A program made the translations under genes and the position numbers. Below, in pieces: positions 1 through 12,186 of a DNA stretch of 64,000 nt. Source of the DNA: Thermodesulfobacteriota bacterium (lineage in GTDB: Bacteria; Desulfobacterota_D; UBA1144; Nemesobacterales; JAJCZQ01); NCBI GenBank assembly GCA_965203965.1, contig CBDBDR010000017.1, positions 1,280,001-1,344,000 of the forward strand. The letters run 5' to 3'. Each line of letters begins with the position of its first letter. The first letter of the stretch is position 1. Under the pieces are notes generated by a model. That model searched no databases, was not told where the DNA came from, and saw only the letters and a list, made by a program, of their open reading frames with translations.

Positions 1-1
1 G

Positions 2-1516
2 GATGAAATAAAAAAACTAATTTCTAGAGCTGAGCAAAATAATTATTTTTCTTTTACGCTTGCAAGAAATATTGATAGAGACATGTTGGTTTCAATTGAA
101 TCTATGAAGTATCAGTTGTCAGGAGTAATAATAAGCGTTGACTACTTGCGGAAGTATCCAAAAGGTAAACTGGGGGCATCGCTTGTTGGATACATGGGAA
201 AACCCAACGAAGATGATTTAGCAAGGTATCCAATTAGTGAAATTAATTCTCCATTGGGCAAAACGGGAATAGAGAGAAATATGGAAAATTTCTTGAGAGG
301 AAGCAAGGGAGTATCTTACCAGATCGTTGATGCAATCGGTCGTGAAGTTGAGTCTGATCTTTTCCAGATTGAGTTGACAGACAAAGAGATCACTCCTGGC
401 AGTGATATTTTTTTGACCATTGACTCCCGATTGCAAAAGGTCGCTGAGGATGAATTATCAGGTAAAGCAGGTTCAATTGTGGTAGTGAACGTCAATACTG
501 GGGAAGTATTGGCACTTGTCACAAGTCCTTCATTTAGTCCGGAGAGTTTTGTTGGAGGTATAGATCCTACAGAATGGGATGAACTTACAAACAATGAGCT
601 CAAACTGATGCTAAATAGGTCAACTCAAGGAACCTATCCACCCGGGTCCTTGTTTAAAATTGTTACGGCAATTGCAGCGCTGAAAGAAGGAATAATTACC
701 ACGCAAAGCAAATTTTTCTGTCCAGGACACTACAAGATTGGAGAAGAGAAGTTTCACTGCTGGGATCATAGTGGTCATGGTTGGCAGAATATGTATTCTG
801 CAATGTCAAGATCGTGCGATGTCTTTTTTTACGAAATAGCCAGAAAGCTTGGCGTAAAAAAATTGTATGAGTATGCGAATATATTTGGTTTTGGTAAAAA
901 GACCGGTATTGAGATAAATGAGAAAAAGGGACTTGTGCCAAATAAACACTGGAAAAAGAAAGTTCATAAGGAGATATGGTATCCTGGTGAAACCATTATT
1001 ATGGCTATAGGACAGGGGTACCTTCAGGTTACGCCTATCCAAGTAGCATTTATGACAGCGGCGATTGCCAATGGCGGTACTATTTTGAAAGCCAGAGTAA
1101 TACGGAAAATTGTTTCAAATGATGATCAAAAGGAGCAAACTTTTCTTCCAGAAATTGTAGGAAAGCTTCCTTTTGAAGACTGGCATATTCAAGAAATAAA
1201 AAACTCGCTCGTTGGTGTTATAGAAGAAAGCTACGGTACCGGTAGACTGGCAAAAATTGAAAAAGGAACCGTAGCTGGAAAAACAGCAACTTCTCAGGTC
1301 GTTTCCCGTAAAAAACAAAGTAGTAAGACAATTCACAAGGACCATGCTTGGTTTACTTCGTATTATCCTGCCGAGTCTCCTGAAATTGCCGTAACGGTTC
1401 TTGTGGAGCATGGAGTTAGTGGAGGGGGAGTTGCTGCACCAATTGCAAAAAGGGTTATTGATGAATATGCAAATTTGGAGGCACATGAAAACGAGGACAA
1501 CTCTATAAAGAACTGA
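2..1516 (+). CDS. mrdA: Penicillin-binding protein 2 (5'-truncated by window edge)
   Basis: Frame is open from base 2. Transpeptidase motifs PGSLFK (SxxK), SCD (SxN-like) and KTA(T) (KTG-like), plus DHAWF. Directly upstream of rodA. Confidence 0.95.
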   Translation, partial: DEIKKLISRAEQNNYFSFTLARNIDRDMLVSIESMKYQLSGVIISVDYLRKYPKGKLGASLVGYMGKPNEDDLARYPISEINSPLGKTGIERNMENFLRGSKGVSYQIVDAIGREVESDLFQIELTDKEITPGSDIFLTIDSRLQKVAEDELSGKAGSIVVVNVNTGEVLALVTSPSFSPESFVGGIDPTEWDELTNNELKLMLNRSTQGTYPPGSLFKIVTAIAALKEGIITTQSKFFCPGHYKIGEEKFHCWDHSGHGWQNMYSAMSRSCDVFFYEIARKLGVKKLYEYANIFGFGKKTGIEINEKKGLVPNKHWKKKVHKEIWYPGETIIMAIGQGYLQVTPIQVAFMTAAIANGGTILKARVIRKIVSNDDQKEQTFLPEIVGKLPFEDWHIQEIKNSLVGVIEESYGTGRLAKIEKGTVAGKTATSQVVSRKKQSSKTIHKDHAWFTSYYPAESPEIAVTVLVEHGVSGGGVAAPIAKRVIDEYANLEAHENEDNSIKN

Positions 1517-1520
1517 TGAG

Positions 1521-2618
1521 ATGAAAAACTTTGGTTGGCTAATAGTAGTTTTAGCTCTGATTTTAACATTTTGTGGGACAATAAATCTTTACAGTGCTTC
1601 ATTGCATACTGAACTTGATGTTTTTAAGAGACAGTTGATTTGGTTTGCTATTGGTATAGTTTCAATGATATTAGTGGCATCTATTAAAACTAATTCTCTG
1701 AGAATTTACGCCACACATATATATTTTATTGCAATTTTCTTGTTAATTGCGGTGGTTATACTTGGCAAAGAAGTCTCCGGAGCCAGAAGCTGGATAGCTT
1801 TGGGTTCAATATCAATTCAGCCCTCTGAATTTGTCAAAATCGCTCTTATTCTGATAATTGCGCGATTTTATCATAGTGATTATCACGATCCCCCTTATAG
1901 GTTAAGAGAACTGATGAAACCCATATTGTTCATTCTTCCAGTTTTTATACTGGTGTTAAAACAGCCTGATCTTGGCACCTTACTATTAATTTTATTGATA
2001 GCTGGAACATTATTGCTATTTATGGGAATTAAAAAGAGGTCATTGCTGATAATGTCAGTAGTGTTGATTGTCTTGTCAGTTTTTATGTGGGAGGGTTTTC
2101 TTAAAGATTACCAGAAAGAAAGAATTTTGACTTTTATTGACCCAATGCAAGATCCGTATGGAGCAAGTTATAATTCAATTCAGTCTCAGATTGCAGTTGG
2201 CTCTGGCAAATTATTTGGAAAAGGTTTTGGCTTGGGTACTCAGTCTCAGCTTAGATTTATACCTGAGCAGAAAACGGATTTTGCCTTTTCTGTGTTAGCG
2301 GAAGAATGGGGTTTTGTAGGTGTATTTTTTATATTGATAATCTACTTATTGCTGATTTTAGCAATACTGGATGTAGCAGGTTCGGCAAAGGATAAATTCT
2401 CAACTCTGGTATCGTTGGGGATAGCCGCGCTCTTTTTCTGGCATGCCTTTATTAATATTGGTATGGTTGTTGGGTTATTGCCCGTTATAGGTGTTCCGTT
2501 GCTATTTTTCAGCTACGGAGGGTCGTCGGTTCTTACTGCATTTATAGCGATTGGGATTGTTATAGGAATCAGGATGAGACAGATTCTCTTCCATAAGGAA
2601 GAAAATGTCAGAATTTAA
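1521..2618 (+). CDS. rodA: Rod shape-determining SEDS protein RodA
   Basis: Multi-TM protein with GARSWI, IQPSEFVK, QPDLGT, PEQKTDF and SYGGSS SEDS motifs; follows mrdA. Confidence 0.95.
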   Translation: MKNFGWLIVVLALILTFCGTINLYSASLHTELDVFKRQLIWFAIGIVSMILVASIKTNSLRIYATHIYFIAIFLLIAVVILGKEVSGARSWIALGSISIQPSEFVKIALILIIARFYHSDYHDPPYRLRELMKPILFILPVFILVLKQPDLGTLLLILLIAGTLLLFMGIKKRSLLIMSVVLIVLSVFMWEGFLKDYQKERILTFIDPMQDPYGASYNSIQSQIAVGSGKLFGKGFGLGTQSQLRFIPEQKTDFAFSVLAEEWGFVGVFFILIIYLLLILAILDVAGSAKDKFSTLVSLGIAALFFWHAFINIGMVVGLLPVIGVPLLFFSYGGSSVLTAFIAIGIVIGIRMRQILFHKEENVRI

Positions 2619-2837
2619 CTATTGGGAAGGGGATTTTGAGGTGAATCGAAAGGGATTGGTTGGTATTCAATTTGCGTGTGTCATTTGCTTGACAGAATAC
2701 TCATAATGGATAGAATACGAGGCTGTTTTATTCAGAATTTAATAATTGAGAATAATACTGTTACCTTGTTTCCAACAGATAAAAATACAAATTAATTTAC
2801 TGTTTGTAATTTCTTGTTGTACATTAAGCAAAGGCAG

Positions 2838-3662
2838 ATGTTTAATTTTTGTTTTTCAAAGATATTAAATGTTTTTCTGTTGGGTTGTTTCTGTGTCGTG
2901 CTTTTTTCATCAGACATCTACGCAATTTCCAATGTTAATGACGTTTCGCATGTAGGTATTTATGAAAAGCTGAACGAAACTATAAATTTAGGCTTGAGCT
3001 TCAAAGATCAGAATGGGGAAACGGTCACTTTGGAGAATTATTTTGATGGTAAGCCGGTAGTGATAAATCTGATGTATCTCAGTTGTCCCAGAGTTTGTAC
3101 TTTCGCTCTTGATGGAGTGCTTGAGGTTGTAAAGGAAACTAATGATTTAAAAACAGGGAAGGATTATAAATTATTATCAATCAGCTTTAACCCTGAAGAT
3201 GATCATGTACTTGCAAAGGAAAAATCGGCAAAATATTTAAAAAGCCTTACCAGAGGGAGTAAAATCTCAGATGCCAGTTGGGTGTTTTTAACCGGTAATG
3301 AAGGTAGCATACTTGAGCTAACAAGATCGCTGGGATACAAATTCATGGAAGATGGGGATGAATTTGCCCACCCTTCCGCTTTAATTGTCCTGACTCCCGA
3401 AGGTAAAATATCAAGATACTTGTATGGCATCCAGCATGATCCAAGGGACTACAAATTGGCACTGATTGAAGCTTCCGATGGTAAGATTGGTGGAAATTCT
3501 TTAAGTAACAAAGTGCTTCTTTTCTGCTACCAGTTTGATCCGATCGGAAAAAGGTATGCACTTAAAGCGATCAATATTGTAAAAATTGGTGGAATGGTTA
3601 CCTTATTTACTTTGTCAAGTTTTCTTGCTTTCTTCTGGATAAAAGAAAAAAAGTCAAAATAA
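2838..3662 (+). CDS. SCO1/SenC family copper chaperone
   Basis: CPRVC (CxxxC) motif and FAHPS His; first gene of the oxidase operon. Start uncertain (2814 or 2838). Confidence 0.88.
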   Translation: MFNFCFSKILNVFLLGCFCVVLFSSDIYAISNVNDVSHVGIYEKLNETINLGLSFKDQNGETVTLENYFDGKPVVINLMYLSCPRVCTFALDGVLEVVKETNDLKTGKDYKLLSISFNPEDDHVLAKEKSAKYLKSLTRGSKISDASWVFLTGNEGSILELTRSLGYKFMEDGDEFAHPSALIVLTPEGKISRYLYGIQHDPRDYKLALIEASDGKIGGNSLSNKVLLFCYQFDPIGKRYALKAINIVKIGGMVTLFTLSSFLAFFWIKEKKSK

Positions 3663-3695
3663 TTGTATTGAAATTTAGATTTTAATTGATTAGCA

Positions 3696-4643
3696 ATGTT
3701 AAGTTGGTTACCTGAAAATGCATCTAATTTAGCGGGCGGGGTAGATAATGTACTCCTTTTTATAACCGTTATCTCTGTTTTCTTCTTCCTGCTGATCTCG
3801 GCTTTTTTAGTGGTATTTGCAGTCAAATACAGAAGAAAGACAGAGAAGGATGAGACGCCTTACATTACCGGAAATGAGTTAATTGAAATTATATGGACTG
3901 TGATACCTTCAATACTGCTGATGATCATTTTTGCATGGGGTTATCTGGAATTCAGAGAAATGAGAAATCCACCTGATGATGCACTAGAGGTGAACGTAAC
4001 CGCGATGCAGTGGCTATGGCAGTTTGACTATTACGACGGAAAGAAAACAATCAATGAGCTTTACGTTCAGCAGGGGCGTCCCGTGAAAATGATCATGAAG
4101 TCGCAGGACGTTATTCACAGTTTTTTCGTTCCCGATTTCAGAGTAAAACAGGACGTTCTACCCGGCTACTATTCACAGCTATGGTTTACACCCACAAAGA
4201 TTGGAACATTTGATCTGTTCTGTGCTGAATACTGTGGAACAAGTCATTCCAAGATGGTTGCCAAGGTAAACGTGCTAAGTCCTGAGGCTTTTGCTATCTG
4301 GGAAAAGGGGATAGGTATAGATAAGGGGCTTGCGTCTGTATCTACTAATGTCCCACCTGCCGAAAGAGGTGCCAAGCTCTATAATCTTAGAGGTTGCGGT
4401 GCCTGTCACAGTATTGACGGAGCCGACGGGGTGGGTCCAAGTTTTAAAGCTCTTTTTGGCAAAACCGAAAAATTGCAGGGAGGCAAAACGGTCATTGCAG
4501 ATGAAAACTATCTCAAGGAATCTATTTTAATTCCCACGGCAGAAATGGTAGAAGGGTATCAGCCTGTCATGCCTTCTTTTCAGGGGATATTAAGCGATGA
4601 AGAAGTTACAAGCATCATTGAATACATTAAAACTCTCAACTAA
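3696..4643 (+). CDS. coxB: Cytochrome c oxidase subunit II with fused cytochrome c
   Basis: CuA motifs DVIHSF and [13 protein letters not shown]-terminal CGACH haem c motif. Confidence 0.96.
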   Translation: MLSWLPENASNLAGGVDNVLLFITVISVFFFLLISAFLVVFAVKYRRKTEKDETPYITGNELIEIIWTVIPSILLMIIFAWGYLEFREMRNPPDDALEVNVTAMQWLWQFDYYDGKKTINELYVQQGRPVKMIMKSQDVIHSFFVPDFRVKQDVLPGYYSQLWFTPTKIGTFDLFCAEYCGTSHSKMVAKVNVLSPEAFAIWEKGIGIDKGLASVSTNVPPAERGAKLYNLRGCGACHSIDGADGVGPSFKALFGKTEKLQGGKTVIADENYLKESILIPTAEMVEGYQPVMPSFQGILSDEEVTSIIEYIKTLN

Positions 4644-4660
4644 TTTTCAAGGAGGATATT

Positions 4661-6277
4661 ATGGCAAACGGTATGGCTACTGATGCAATGAGCGTACCTT
4701 CGTTTTATGAGCCAAGGGGACTTAAATCATGGCTCCTAACAACAGACCACAAGCGCATAGGGATCCTCTACCTAGTAACAATTTCTTTCTTCTTTCTTGT
4801 CGGGGGTATTTTTGCACTTTTAATGAGATATGAGTTGCTGACCCCAGAGTCAGATTTTGTGAGTCAGCATACCTACAATGTTTTTTTCACAATGCACGGC
4901 TCATTAATGGTGTTCTTTTTCATCGTTCCCGGAATTGCGGCAAGTCTCGGTAATTTTCTCATACCGCTTATGATAGGTGCCAGAGATGTTTCATTTCCCA
5001 AGTTGAACCTCGGAAGTTACTGGGTATATCTTGTAGGCACTGTTATTTTGCTTATAGCTTTATTGCAGCCCGCAGACACGGGGTGGACGTTTTACACTCC
5101 ATACAGTGTCAAAAGCCAGACCGATGTGGTGCTGATAACTTTAGGTGTTTTTGTTCTGGGTTTTTCATCTATCCTCACCGGTTTGAACTTTATAGTTACA
5201 ATACACAAACTGAGAGCGCCGGGAATGACTTGGGGAAGGCTTCCACTATTTATATGGGCTTCTTACGCCACTGCAATTTTGCAGCTTTTGGCAACTCCAG
5301 TGGTGGGAATTACCTTGCTGCTTCTTATAGCTGAAAGGGTGCTGGACATCGGCTTTTTTGATCCAGCAAAAGGTGGAGACCCCATACTTTTCCAGAATTT
5401 TTTCTGGTTTTACTCACACCCTGCGGTTTACATTATGGTAATACCTGCATTTGGGATTATATCTGAGATAATCCCAGTATTTGCCAGAAAGCCGATATTT
5501 GGATACAAGGCAATTGCCTACTCCAGTTTTGCGATTGCAATAATAAGTTTCTTTGTATGGCTTCATCACATGTTTGTTAGTGGTATCTCTGAAACTGCAG
5601 CTGCCATTTTCTCATTTTTGACTATGCTTGTGGCTATTCCAACCGCTATAAAGGTTTTCAACTGGGTGGCGACTTTATACAAAGGTTCAATTTCTCTGGA
5701 ATCCCCAATGCTTTATGCCCTTTCTTTTATATTTTTGTTTACCGTTGGGGGTTTAACGGGCGTTTACCTGGGGGCACTTGCCGTGGACGTTCACTTGCAT
5801 GATACATACTTTGTGGTTGCTCATATGCACTACGTGATGATAGGCGGCACGGTGTTTGGCTTTTTTGGTGCTATCCACTTCTGGTATCAGAAATGGTTTG
5901 GGAAAGTTTACAATGAAATGGTATCTAAAGTCGCATGGTTTTTAATCTTTTTGGGATTTAACGTTACATTTTTCCCACAGTTCTTGATGGGTGTTCAAGG
6001 AATGCCGAGAAGATATGCAACTTACGATACTGGTAATCTTGCCCAGTTTCAAGACTATCATCAAATCTCAACCTATGGTTCTTGGATACTGGGAGTTGGT
6101 GTGCTTATTATGACCGTTAATCTTATTTCCCACTTGTTTAGTAAAGAAAAAGCTCCGGATAACTACTACGGTTCTTTATCTCTGGAGTGGCAGGTACCTT
6201 CGCCTCCTCCTCATGAGAATTTTAAGGAGATACCAGTTGTAACTGATTGGACTTACGGATATGGAAAGAGAGTATAA
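4661..6277 (+). CDS. coxA: Cytochrome c oxidase subunit I (A2 type)
   Basis: [28 protein letters not shown] and [12 protein letters not shown] motifs. Confidence 0.97.
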   Translation: MANGMATDAMSVPSFYEPRGLKSWLLTTDHKRIGILYLVTISFFFLVGGIFALLMRYELLTPESDFVSQHTYNVFFTMHGSLMVFFFIVPGIAASLGNFLIPLMIGARDVSFPKLNLGSYWVYLVGTVILLIALLQPADTGWTFYTPYSVKSQTDVVLITLGVFVLGFSSILTGLNFIVTIHKLRAPGMTWGRLPLFIWASYATAILQLLATPVVGITLLLLIAERVLDIGFFDPAKGGDPILFQNFFWFYSHPAVYIMVIPAFGIISEIIPVFARKPIFGYKAIAYSSFAIAIISFFVWLHHMFVSGISETAAAIFSFLTMLVAIPTAIKVFNWVATLYKGSISLESPMLYALSFIFLFTVGGLTGVYLGALAVDVHLHDTYFVVAHMHYVMIGGTVFGFFGAIHFWYQKWFGKVYNEMVSKVAWFLIFLGFNVTFFPQFLMGVQGMPRRYATYDTGNLAQFQDYHQISTYGSWILGVGVLIMTVNLISHLFSKEKAPDNYYGSLSLEWQVPSPPPHENFKEIPVVTDWTYGYGKRV

Positions 6278-6296
6278 GTAGGAGACTTAAAATAAA

Positions 6297-6875
6297 ATGG
6301 AACATGAATTAGATCCAGTAGTTGAATATAATTCATCAAAGTTGGGAATGTGGTTGTTTCTGGGAACAGAGATACTTCTTTTCGGTGGTTTATTTGCTGC
6401 TTATACTATTTTCAGGGCTAAATTTCCTGATATGTTCATTGAGCAACATAAAGAATTGAACATTACACTGGGAGCTATAAACACCGTTGTTCTTATCTTT
6501 AGCAGTATGACAATGGCAATTGCCGTCTGGGCTGCAAAAAGAGGAGATAGAAAGAAAGTTGTTATTTTTATTGTTATTACCATTATTTGCGGACTTGTTT
6601 TTGGTATAAACAAATATTTTGAGTATGGCGCCAAATTCAGCCATCATATATATCCAAGCACAAGCGTATTTTTTGCACTTTACTTTTTAATGACCGGTCT
6701 GCACATGATCCATGTATTTGTGGGGCTTGTTATTCTTGCCGTTATAGCAGTTTTGGCGTATAAGGGAAAGTTTACAAAGGAATATTATACACCGGTTGAA
6801 GTTGGTGGCTTATACTGGCATTTGGTTGACCTAATCTGGATATACCTGTTTCCATTGCTTTATCTGATAGGTTGA
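6297..6875 (+). CDS. coxC: Cytochrome c oxidase subunit III
   Basis: LGMWLFLGTE, TGLHMIHV and YWHLVDLIW motifs. Confidence 0.95.
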   Translation: MEHELDPVVEYNSSKLGMWLFLGTEILLFGGLFAAYTIFRAKFPDMFIEQHKELNITLGAINTVVLIFSSMTMAIAVWAAKRGDRKKVVIFIVITIICGLVFGINKYFEYGAKFSHHIYPSTSVFFALYFLMTGLHMIHVFVGLVILAVIAVLAYKGKFTKEYYTPVEVGGLYWHLVDLIWIYLFPLLYLIG

Positions 6876-6887
6876 TCGGGAGACATA

Positions 6888-7205
6888 ATGAGCACTCACA
6901 CGCACAAAGATAATAATCATCACGAAATAGGCCCTAAAACTTTAATTGTAGTCTGGCTGGCGCTTACAATTTTAACATTGGTAACCGTTTATTCTGCAAG
7001 CATAGATTTTGGTAGAGTTATCAATATCATAATTGCAATGGTAATCGCCTCGGCTAAGGCTTCAATAGTTGCCTATTATTTCATGCATTTGAAATTTGAA
7101 GACAAATTGACCTGGGTTTACGCACTTTATCCCATTTTTCTTCTTTTTTTACTGATAGCCACAACAATCATGGATGTCTTTACAAGAGTGCCAGCTTTTT
7201 ATTAA
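6888..7205 (+). CDS. Cytochrome c oxidase subunit IV family protein
   Basis: Small 3-TM protein with KA...YFMHLKF motif; operon position. Confidence 0.9.
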   Translation: MSTHTHKDNNHHEIGPKTLIVVWLALTILTLVTVYSASIDFGRVINIIIAMVIASAKASIVAYYFMHLKFEDKLTWVYALYPIFLLFLLIATTIMDVFTRVPAFY

Positions 7206-7206
7206 T

Positions 7207-8073
7207 ATGCTTGCTAGAGCAACGGTTTTTGCACTTTTCATATTACTTGTCTGGGGAAATATAGTGGCGGGTCTCAAAGTGGGTCTTGCGTGTCCCGATT
7301 GGCCCCTGTGCCATGGAGAATACATACCTCCGCTCAGATGGGATATATACGTGGAGTTTATCCATAGGGTAATTGGTGGACTGACTTCCGTTCTGATTAT
7401 AGTTCTCGCATATAAACGGTTGAGAAAATACGTGTCTTATTTCAAGTTGGTTCCAACGATTTGTGTTTTGCTGTTATTGGTTCAGATAGTTCTAGGTGGT
7501 ATGGTAGTTCTCTTTAAGTTACCCGTGGATCTCACGACACTGCACTTTGCCAACGCCATAGTTATTTTTTCACTAACACTATATATGGCTTTTTTTGACG
7601 GTGAAATAAAACCTCCGAGATTCAGTGTTTCCAGACACAGTGGAATATTTTTTACACTTTCTGTTATTATAATCATTCAGGCAGTGCTTGGTGCTTACGT
7701 CCGTCATTCTTCTTCCGGGTTGGCTTGTCCTGATTTTCCAAAATGCCTTGGATTTTGGATACCTCCATCATTAACAGGTTCTGTATTGATACATTTTTCC
7801 CACAGGATTTTAGCTTATGCCATTTTTGCCATTTTTCTGGTGCTTTTTGTAAAGTCTTTTTACAACAAAGAGTATGAATTGGCAACTCCATACTTAAAGG
7901 CTGCTAATTTATTTATTTTTGTTCAAATTGCACTTGGTGCACTGGTGGTGTTGAGCGAGTTGACTTTTTATGTAACTGCCTTTCATCTTTCGGTTGGCTT
8001 GGTGATACTTTCATTAGCTTTGTTTATCTGGTTTAAATATCTGGAGAAACCGTCTCTAAATAATACATTCTAG
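7207..8073 (+). CDS. ctaA: Heme A synthase (COX15/CtaA)
   Basis: GLACPDWPLC, EFIHR and a second CPDFPKC loop. ATG at 7207 lies just after the subunit IV stop. Confidence 0.92.
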   Translation: MLARATVFALFILLVWGNIVAGLKVGLACPDWPLCHGEYIPPLRWDIYVEFIHRVIGGLTSVLIIVLAYKRLRKYVSYFKLVPTICVLLLLVQIVLGGMVVLFKLPVDLTTLHFANAIVIFSLTLYMAFFDGEIKPPRFSVSRHSGIFFTLSVIIIIQAVLGAYVRHSSSGLACPDFPKCLGFWIPPSLTGSVLIHFSHRILAYAIFAIFLVLFVKSFYNKEYELATPYLKAANLFIFVQIALGALVVLSELTFYVTAFHLSVGLVILSLALFIWFKYLEKPSLNNTF

Positions 8074-8085
8074 CGGGAAAATAGA

Positions 8086-9003
8086 TTGGTGGAGAAAAAC
8101 AGAACTGGTGTAGGTAAGATAGTCGTTTCAACTCTACTGCTTTCCAAGCCGGGGATAATAGTGAGTGTGGCATTCACCGGATATGCGGGAATGGTAGTTG
8201 CCACAAGGGGTATCCCATCGATTTACTTTACGCTGTTTGGAATTTTGTCCTTGCTGTTAAGTTCCGCAGGTTCAGCGATCCTGAATAACGTGCTTGACAG
8301 AAAGATAGACAAGAAGATGGAAAGACTGACGGATCGCGTTGAGGCACTGGAGACGCTGGGAAGTACAAATGTCCTGATACTTTCTATTACGATGATATTA
8401 GTTTCATTGGTGATTTCATTTTATTTTTTGAATTACATCAATGCTTTTCTAATTCTTTTAGCCGTGATTAGCTACACTGTTTTATACACACTTTTCTTAA
8501 AACGAAGTTCTCCATTTGGGACAATATTAGGTGGAATTCCTGGGGCACTACCGGTGTTGATTGGCTACACTGCAATTAGTCCTGAGATTGAAATCAACGG
8601 GTTTATCCTCTTCGCCTTTATGATGCTTTGGCAGCCGCCTCATTTCTGGGCACTTGCACAAAAATACAAAGATCAGTATGAGCAAGCAGGTATTCCAGTA
8701 ATGCCCGTGGCTTTTGGTCCCAGATATACAAACATACTGATACTTCTATACTCATTAACACTGATCCCTTTAACACTCGCCCTGTGGTTAAATGGACTGA
8801 GTTCTTCATATTTTGCCATATTTGCCTTAATAGTGGGGATTTATTTTGAATACAGAATTGTAAAAAGTGTTTACGATAATAGAAGCTATGGAGAGGCATT
8901 TTCTGCATCTATAATTTATATGCTCGCAATAATGCTCGCTCTTATCATTGATATTGCAATGCACCCACAGCTACCTGTGGAAAAAGTGATATTAGGTACC
9001 TGA
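8086..9003 (+). CDS. ctaB: Protoheme IX farnesyltransferase (heme O synthase)
   Basis: UbiA-type DRKIDKKMER, YTLFLKR and WQPPHFWAL motifs. Confidence 0.94.
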   Translation: MVEKNRTGVGKIVVSTLLLSKPGIIVSVAFTGYAGMVVATRGIPSIYFTLFGILSLLLSSAGSAILNNVLDRKIDKKMERLTDRVEALETLGSTNVLILSITMILVSLVISFYFLNYINAFLILLAVISYTVLYTLFLKRSSPFGTILGGIPGALPVLIGYTAISPEIEINGFILFAFMMLWQPPHFWALAQKYKDQYEQAGIPVMPVAFGPRYTNILILLYSLTLIPLTLALWLNGLSSSYFAIFALIVGIYFEYRIVKSVYDNRSYGEAFSASIIYMLAIMLALIIDIAMHPQLPVEKVILGT

Positions 9004-9010
9004 TGTTCTA

Positions 9011-9364
9011 CTAAAGGAAGTTATAGATCAAATTAAAAACATACTTCAAATTAGGAGATGATTTTTGTAGTTCAAGTTTGGGAGAAAGAGTGCCTATGTT
9101 GGGGAAGAGGAGTTCGTTGTATATTTCAGCGACGTTTTTAAACTCTTCAAACTCAATAAACACAGGATCATGAATTTTTAGGGGTCTCACGTTTTTTTCC
9201 GCACTTGATATAGTGATGCCCTTGTCCTGCAATTTAGCTGAAAACCATCTTTCACAATCTGGGTCGGGAAGTTCTACTCCGTCTCTGACCTTCTCCAGAA
9301 GAATTTTCCATTCGTCTTTTTTTGATTCACTGAAGTTTAACTTTCTGTCGGTTAATATCGGCAT
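9011..9364 (-). CDS. Hypothetical protein
   Basis: ORF fills the gap downstream of uvrA; GGAG precedes ATG at 9364. No family recognised. Confidence 0.6.
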   Translation of the reverse strand: MPILTDRKLNFSESKKDEWKILLEKVRDGVELPDPDCERWFSAKLQDKGITISSAEKNVRPLKIHDPVFIEFEEFKNVAEIYNELLFPNIGTLSPKLELQKSSPNLKYVFNLIYNFL

Positions 9365-9422
9365 TCTGCGCTCCTCTATACCTGAAGTGAAAGTCAATTA
9401 TACCCGATGAAAATTATTATTC

Positions 9423-12167
9423 TCAATTCAGATATTTTTTCAGATACCTCGCAGTGTGAGATTTATCTGACTTTATCACTTTTTCAGGTGTTCCCTCGGC
9501 AACTATGCTGCCGCCATCTTTTCCACCACCCGGGCCCAGATCAATTATATGATCGGCAGAGCTTATTAAATCCAAGTTGTGCTCAATTACTATCACTGTA
9601 TTTCCATTTTCTATTAATTTATTTAATACGACAAGAAGTTTTGATACGTCTTCACTGTGGAGACCAACTGTTGGCTCATCAAGTATATAAATAATCCCCT
9701 TTCCAGATTTTCGCCCAAGTTCTTTTGCAATCTTGATCCTCTGTGCTTCACCTCCGGACAGGGTATCGGCAGATTGCCCCAGTCTTAAATAGCCAAGACC
9801 TACTTGCTGAAGAATGTTTAGCATGCGGATTATTCTTGAAGATTCTGCAAATAAAATCACCGATTCGTCAACTGTTAGGTTTAAAATTTCGTCAATACTT
9901 TTTCCTTTATACCTGTATTCCAACACTTCTTTTTTAAACCTTTTCCCTATACACTCTTCACACGTTACGACAACGTCAGCAAGAAAAAGCATATCTATTC
10001 TTAGTTTTCCCTCTCCCTTACATGCTTCGCACCTTCCGTTCTCAACATTAAAAGAAAAATGTGATGCAGTAAGTCCTTTGGCTTTTGCAGTGAGAGTATC
10101 TGACAGCACTTTTCGTATTGCATCATAGACTTTGATATAGGTTACAGGGTTTGATCTACCGGATCTGCCGATAGGAGACTGGTCAATCATTACTACGTCA
10201 GAAACGCTGCATAAACCGTTGATTTGATCGACTTTACCTGCTGTCTCTTTTTCATTTTTAAATTTTCTTGCCAAGTTTGAGTATATGACGTTATTAACAA
10301 GGGAGCTTTTCCCCGATCCAGATACACCAGTTACACAGGTAAAAGTCTGAAGGGGAATATCAACATCAATCTTTTTCAGATTGTTTTCCTCAGCTCCAAT
10401 GATACTTAAACAACCATTGTTGCCGTTTCTTCTCTTGCATGGTAGTTCAACTGAGTTTTTCTCGAGCAGATACTCTCTTGTGTAGGATTTGACTCCAGAT
10501 TGCAAGAATTTTTTTATAGTCCCCTGATAAACAACACGACCTCCATGCTCACCAGCTCCGGGACCCAGTTCAATAATACTGTCTGCCGCTCTAATCATTC
10601 CGTGGTCGTGCTCAATAATTAAAATGGTGTTGTTCCTTTTTTTTAGTTCTTCTATTGTTTTTACAAGCTGGCTAATGTCCCTTGGGTGTAAGCCGATTGA
10701 CGGTTCGTCCAAAACATAGAGCGTTTCAGTGAGCTTTGACCCGAGTTGGCAGGCTAAATTAACTCTTTGTGATTCTCCACCGGATAACGATCTGGTGATT
10801 CGTGAAAGAGTCAGATACTGTAATCCTACTTTAAGCAGGAATTCCGATCTGGTCATAATTTCCTTTAAAATATCACCTGAAATATCTCTATCTTCCCTGC
10901 TTAGTTTGGCATTTTTAATAAATCCATAAAATTCATCAATTGTCATTAAAGTAAGCTCATAGATATTTTTATCGTTGATTTTTGTCCATAGAGCCTTCTC
11001 ATTTAATCTGCTGCCCATACAGGTGCCGCATGTAAATGCCGATCTATATTTGCTCAAAAACACCCTGATGTGCATTTTATAATTTTTACTTTTAAGTTTT
11101 CTAAAAAATCCAATTATCCCGGGGTAATTTCCATTTCCATTGAAAATCAGATGTTTTTGTTGCTTGCTGAGTTGTGAGTAAGGAGTTCTAATGTCTATAT
11201 TGTTGTCCTCTGCAAATTTTACGAGCCTTCTTTGCTGAAATCTATATGAGGGTTTTGTAAAAGGTTCCACGACTCCCTCGGATATGCTGAGATCTGCGTT
11301 GGGAATGATAAGTTCAGGGTCGATCTCCAGCCTGTTTCCAAATCCATTACACTGTGTGCACGCTCCTCGGGGACTGTTAAACGAGAATAGTGTTGGGATT
11401 GGGTTCTGGAATTTTATATTGCACCTGCTGCATTCAAGTTTCTTTGTATACGTCAGTATTTCTGATCCGTCAATATGAACAAATAGTTTGTCGGATTCCA
11501 AAAAAGCCATTTCCATAGACTCTACAAGGCGAGGTATCAAGGATTTTTCAATTTTAAGTCTGTCTATAACGATCTCGGAGTCTTTGGGAAATTGCTTTAT
11601 CTCCTCCATATCGTGAAATTCATTTTTTGAGTAAAGTCTCGTGAATCCTTTGAATAGGTACGTATTGGGAGACGAGGGTTTGTCAACGGGTATCGTAATA
11701 ACGCATTTTGAGCCGTAATGAGATTTTACGATTTTATTCTTTATTGACTCTGGGGATTGAAAAGTAATTTTGTTACCGCATGAAGGGCAGTATAATTTGC
11801 CAATTTTTGCATACAGCAGCCTCAGAAAATCGTATATCTCTGTAGTGGTACCGACGGTGGATCTTGAATTTTTTACGCTGTTTCTGCTTTGAATAGCAAT
11901 TGCAGTGGGAAGTCCGTAAATGTCATCAACATCTGGTTTTTCTATCATTTCTAGGAACTGCCTTGCATAAGTTGAAAGACATTCAATATATCGTCTGAGT
12001 CCTTCTGAATAGATAGTATCAAGAGTGAGTGATGATTTGCCGGAACCACTGAGTCCAGTTACCACTGTGTATTTACCTCTTGGTATTTTTACATCAATAT
12101 TTTTCAGATTGTTCTCTTTTGCGCCGAGAACAGTTATAAACTCATTTTTGTTTGATCTTCCAGTCAT
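9423..12167 (-). CDS. uvrA: Excinuclease ABC subunit UvrA
   Basis: Two Walker A motifs ([18 protein letters not shown]), two LSGGE signatures, Zn-finger Cys pairs. Confidence 0.95.
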   Translation of the reverse strand: MTGRSNKNEFITVLGAKENNLKNIDVKIPRGKYTVVTGLSGSGKSSLTLDTIYSEGLRRYIECLSTYARQFLEMIEKPDVDDIYGLPTAIAIQSRNSVKNSRSTVGTTTEIYDFLRLLYAKIGKLYCPSCGNKITFQSPESIKNKIVKSHYGSKCVITIPVDKPSSPNTYLFKGFTRLYSKNEFHDMEEIKQFPKDSEIVIDRLKIEKSLIPRLVESMEMAFLESDKLFVHIDGSEILTYTKKLECSRCNIKFQNPIPTLFSFNSPRGACTQCNGFGNRLEIDPELIIPNADLSISEGVVEPFTKPSYRFQQRRLVKFAEDNNIDIRTPYSQLSKQQKHLIFNGNGNYPGIIGFFRKLKSKNYKMHIRVFLSKYRSAFTCGTCMGSRLNEKALWTKINDKNIYELTLMTIDEFYGFIKNAKLSREDRDISGDILKEIMTRSEFLLKVGLQYLTLSRITRSLSGGESQRVNLACQLGSKLTETLYVLDEPSIGLHPRDISQLVKTIEELKKRNNTILIIEHDHGMIRAADSIIELGPGAGEHGGRVVYQGTIKKFLQSGVKSYTREYLLEKNSVELPCKRRNGNNGCLSIIGAEENNLKKIDVDIPLQTFTCVTGVSGSGKSSLVNNVIYSNLARKFKNEKETAGKVDQINGLCSVSDVVMIDQSPIGRSGRSNPVTYIKVYDAIRKVLSDTLTAKAKGLTASHFSFNVENGRCEACKGEGKLRIDMLFLADVVVTCEECIGKRFKKEVLEYRYKGKSIDEILNLTVDESVILFAESSRIIRMLNILQQVGLGYLRLGQSADTLSGGEAQRIKIAKELGRKSGKGIIYILDEPTVGLHSEDVSKLLVVLNKLIENGNTVIVIEHNLDLISSADHIIDLGPGGGKDGGSIVAEGTPEKVIKSDKSHTARYLKKYLN

Positions 12168-12186
12168 GACTAAATAGTCGTCCGGT

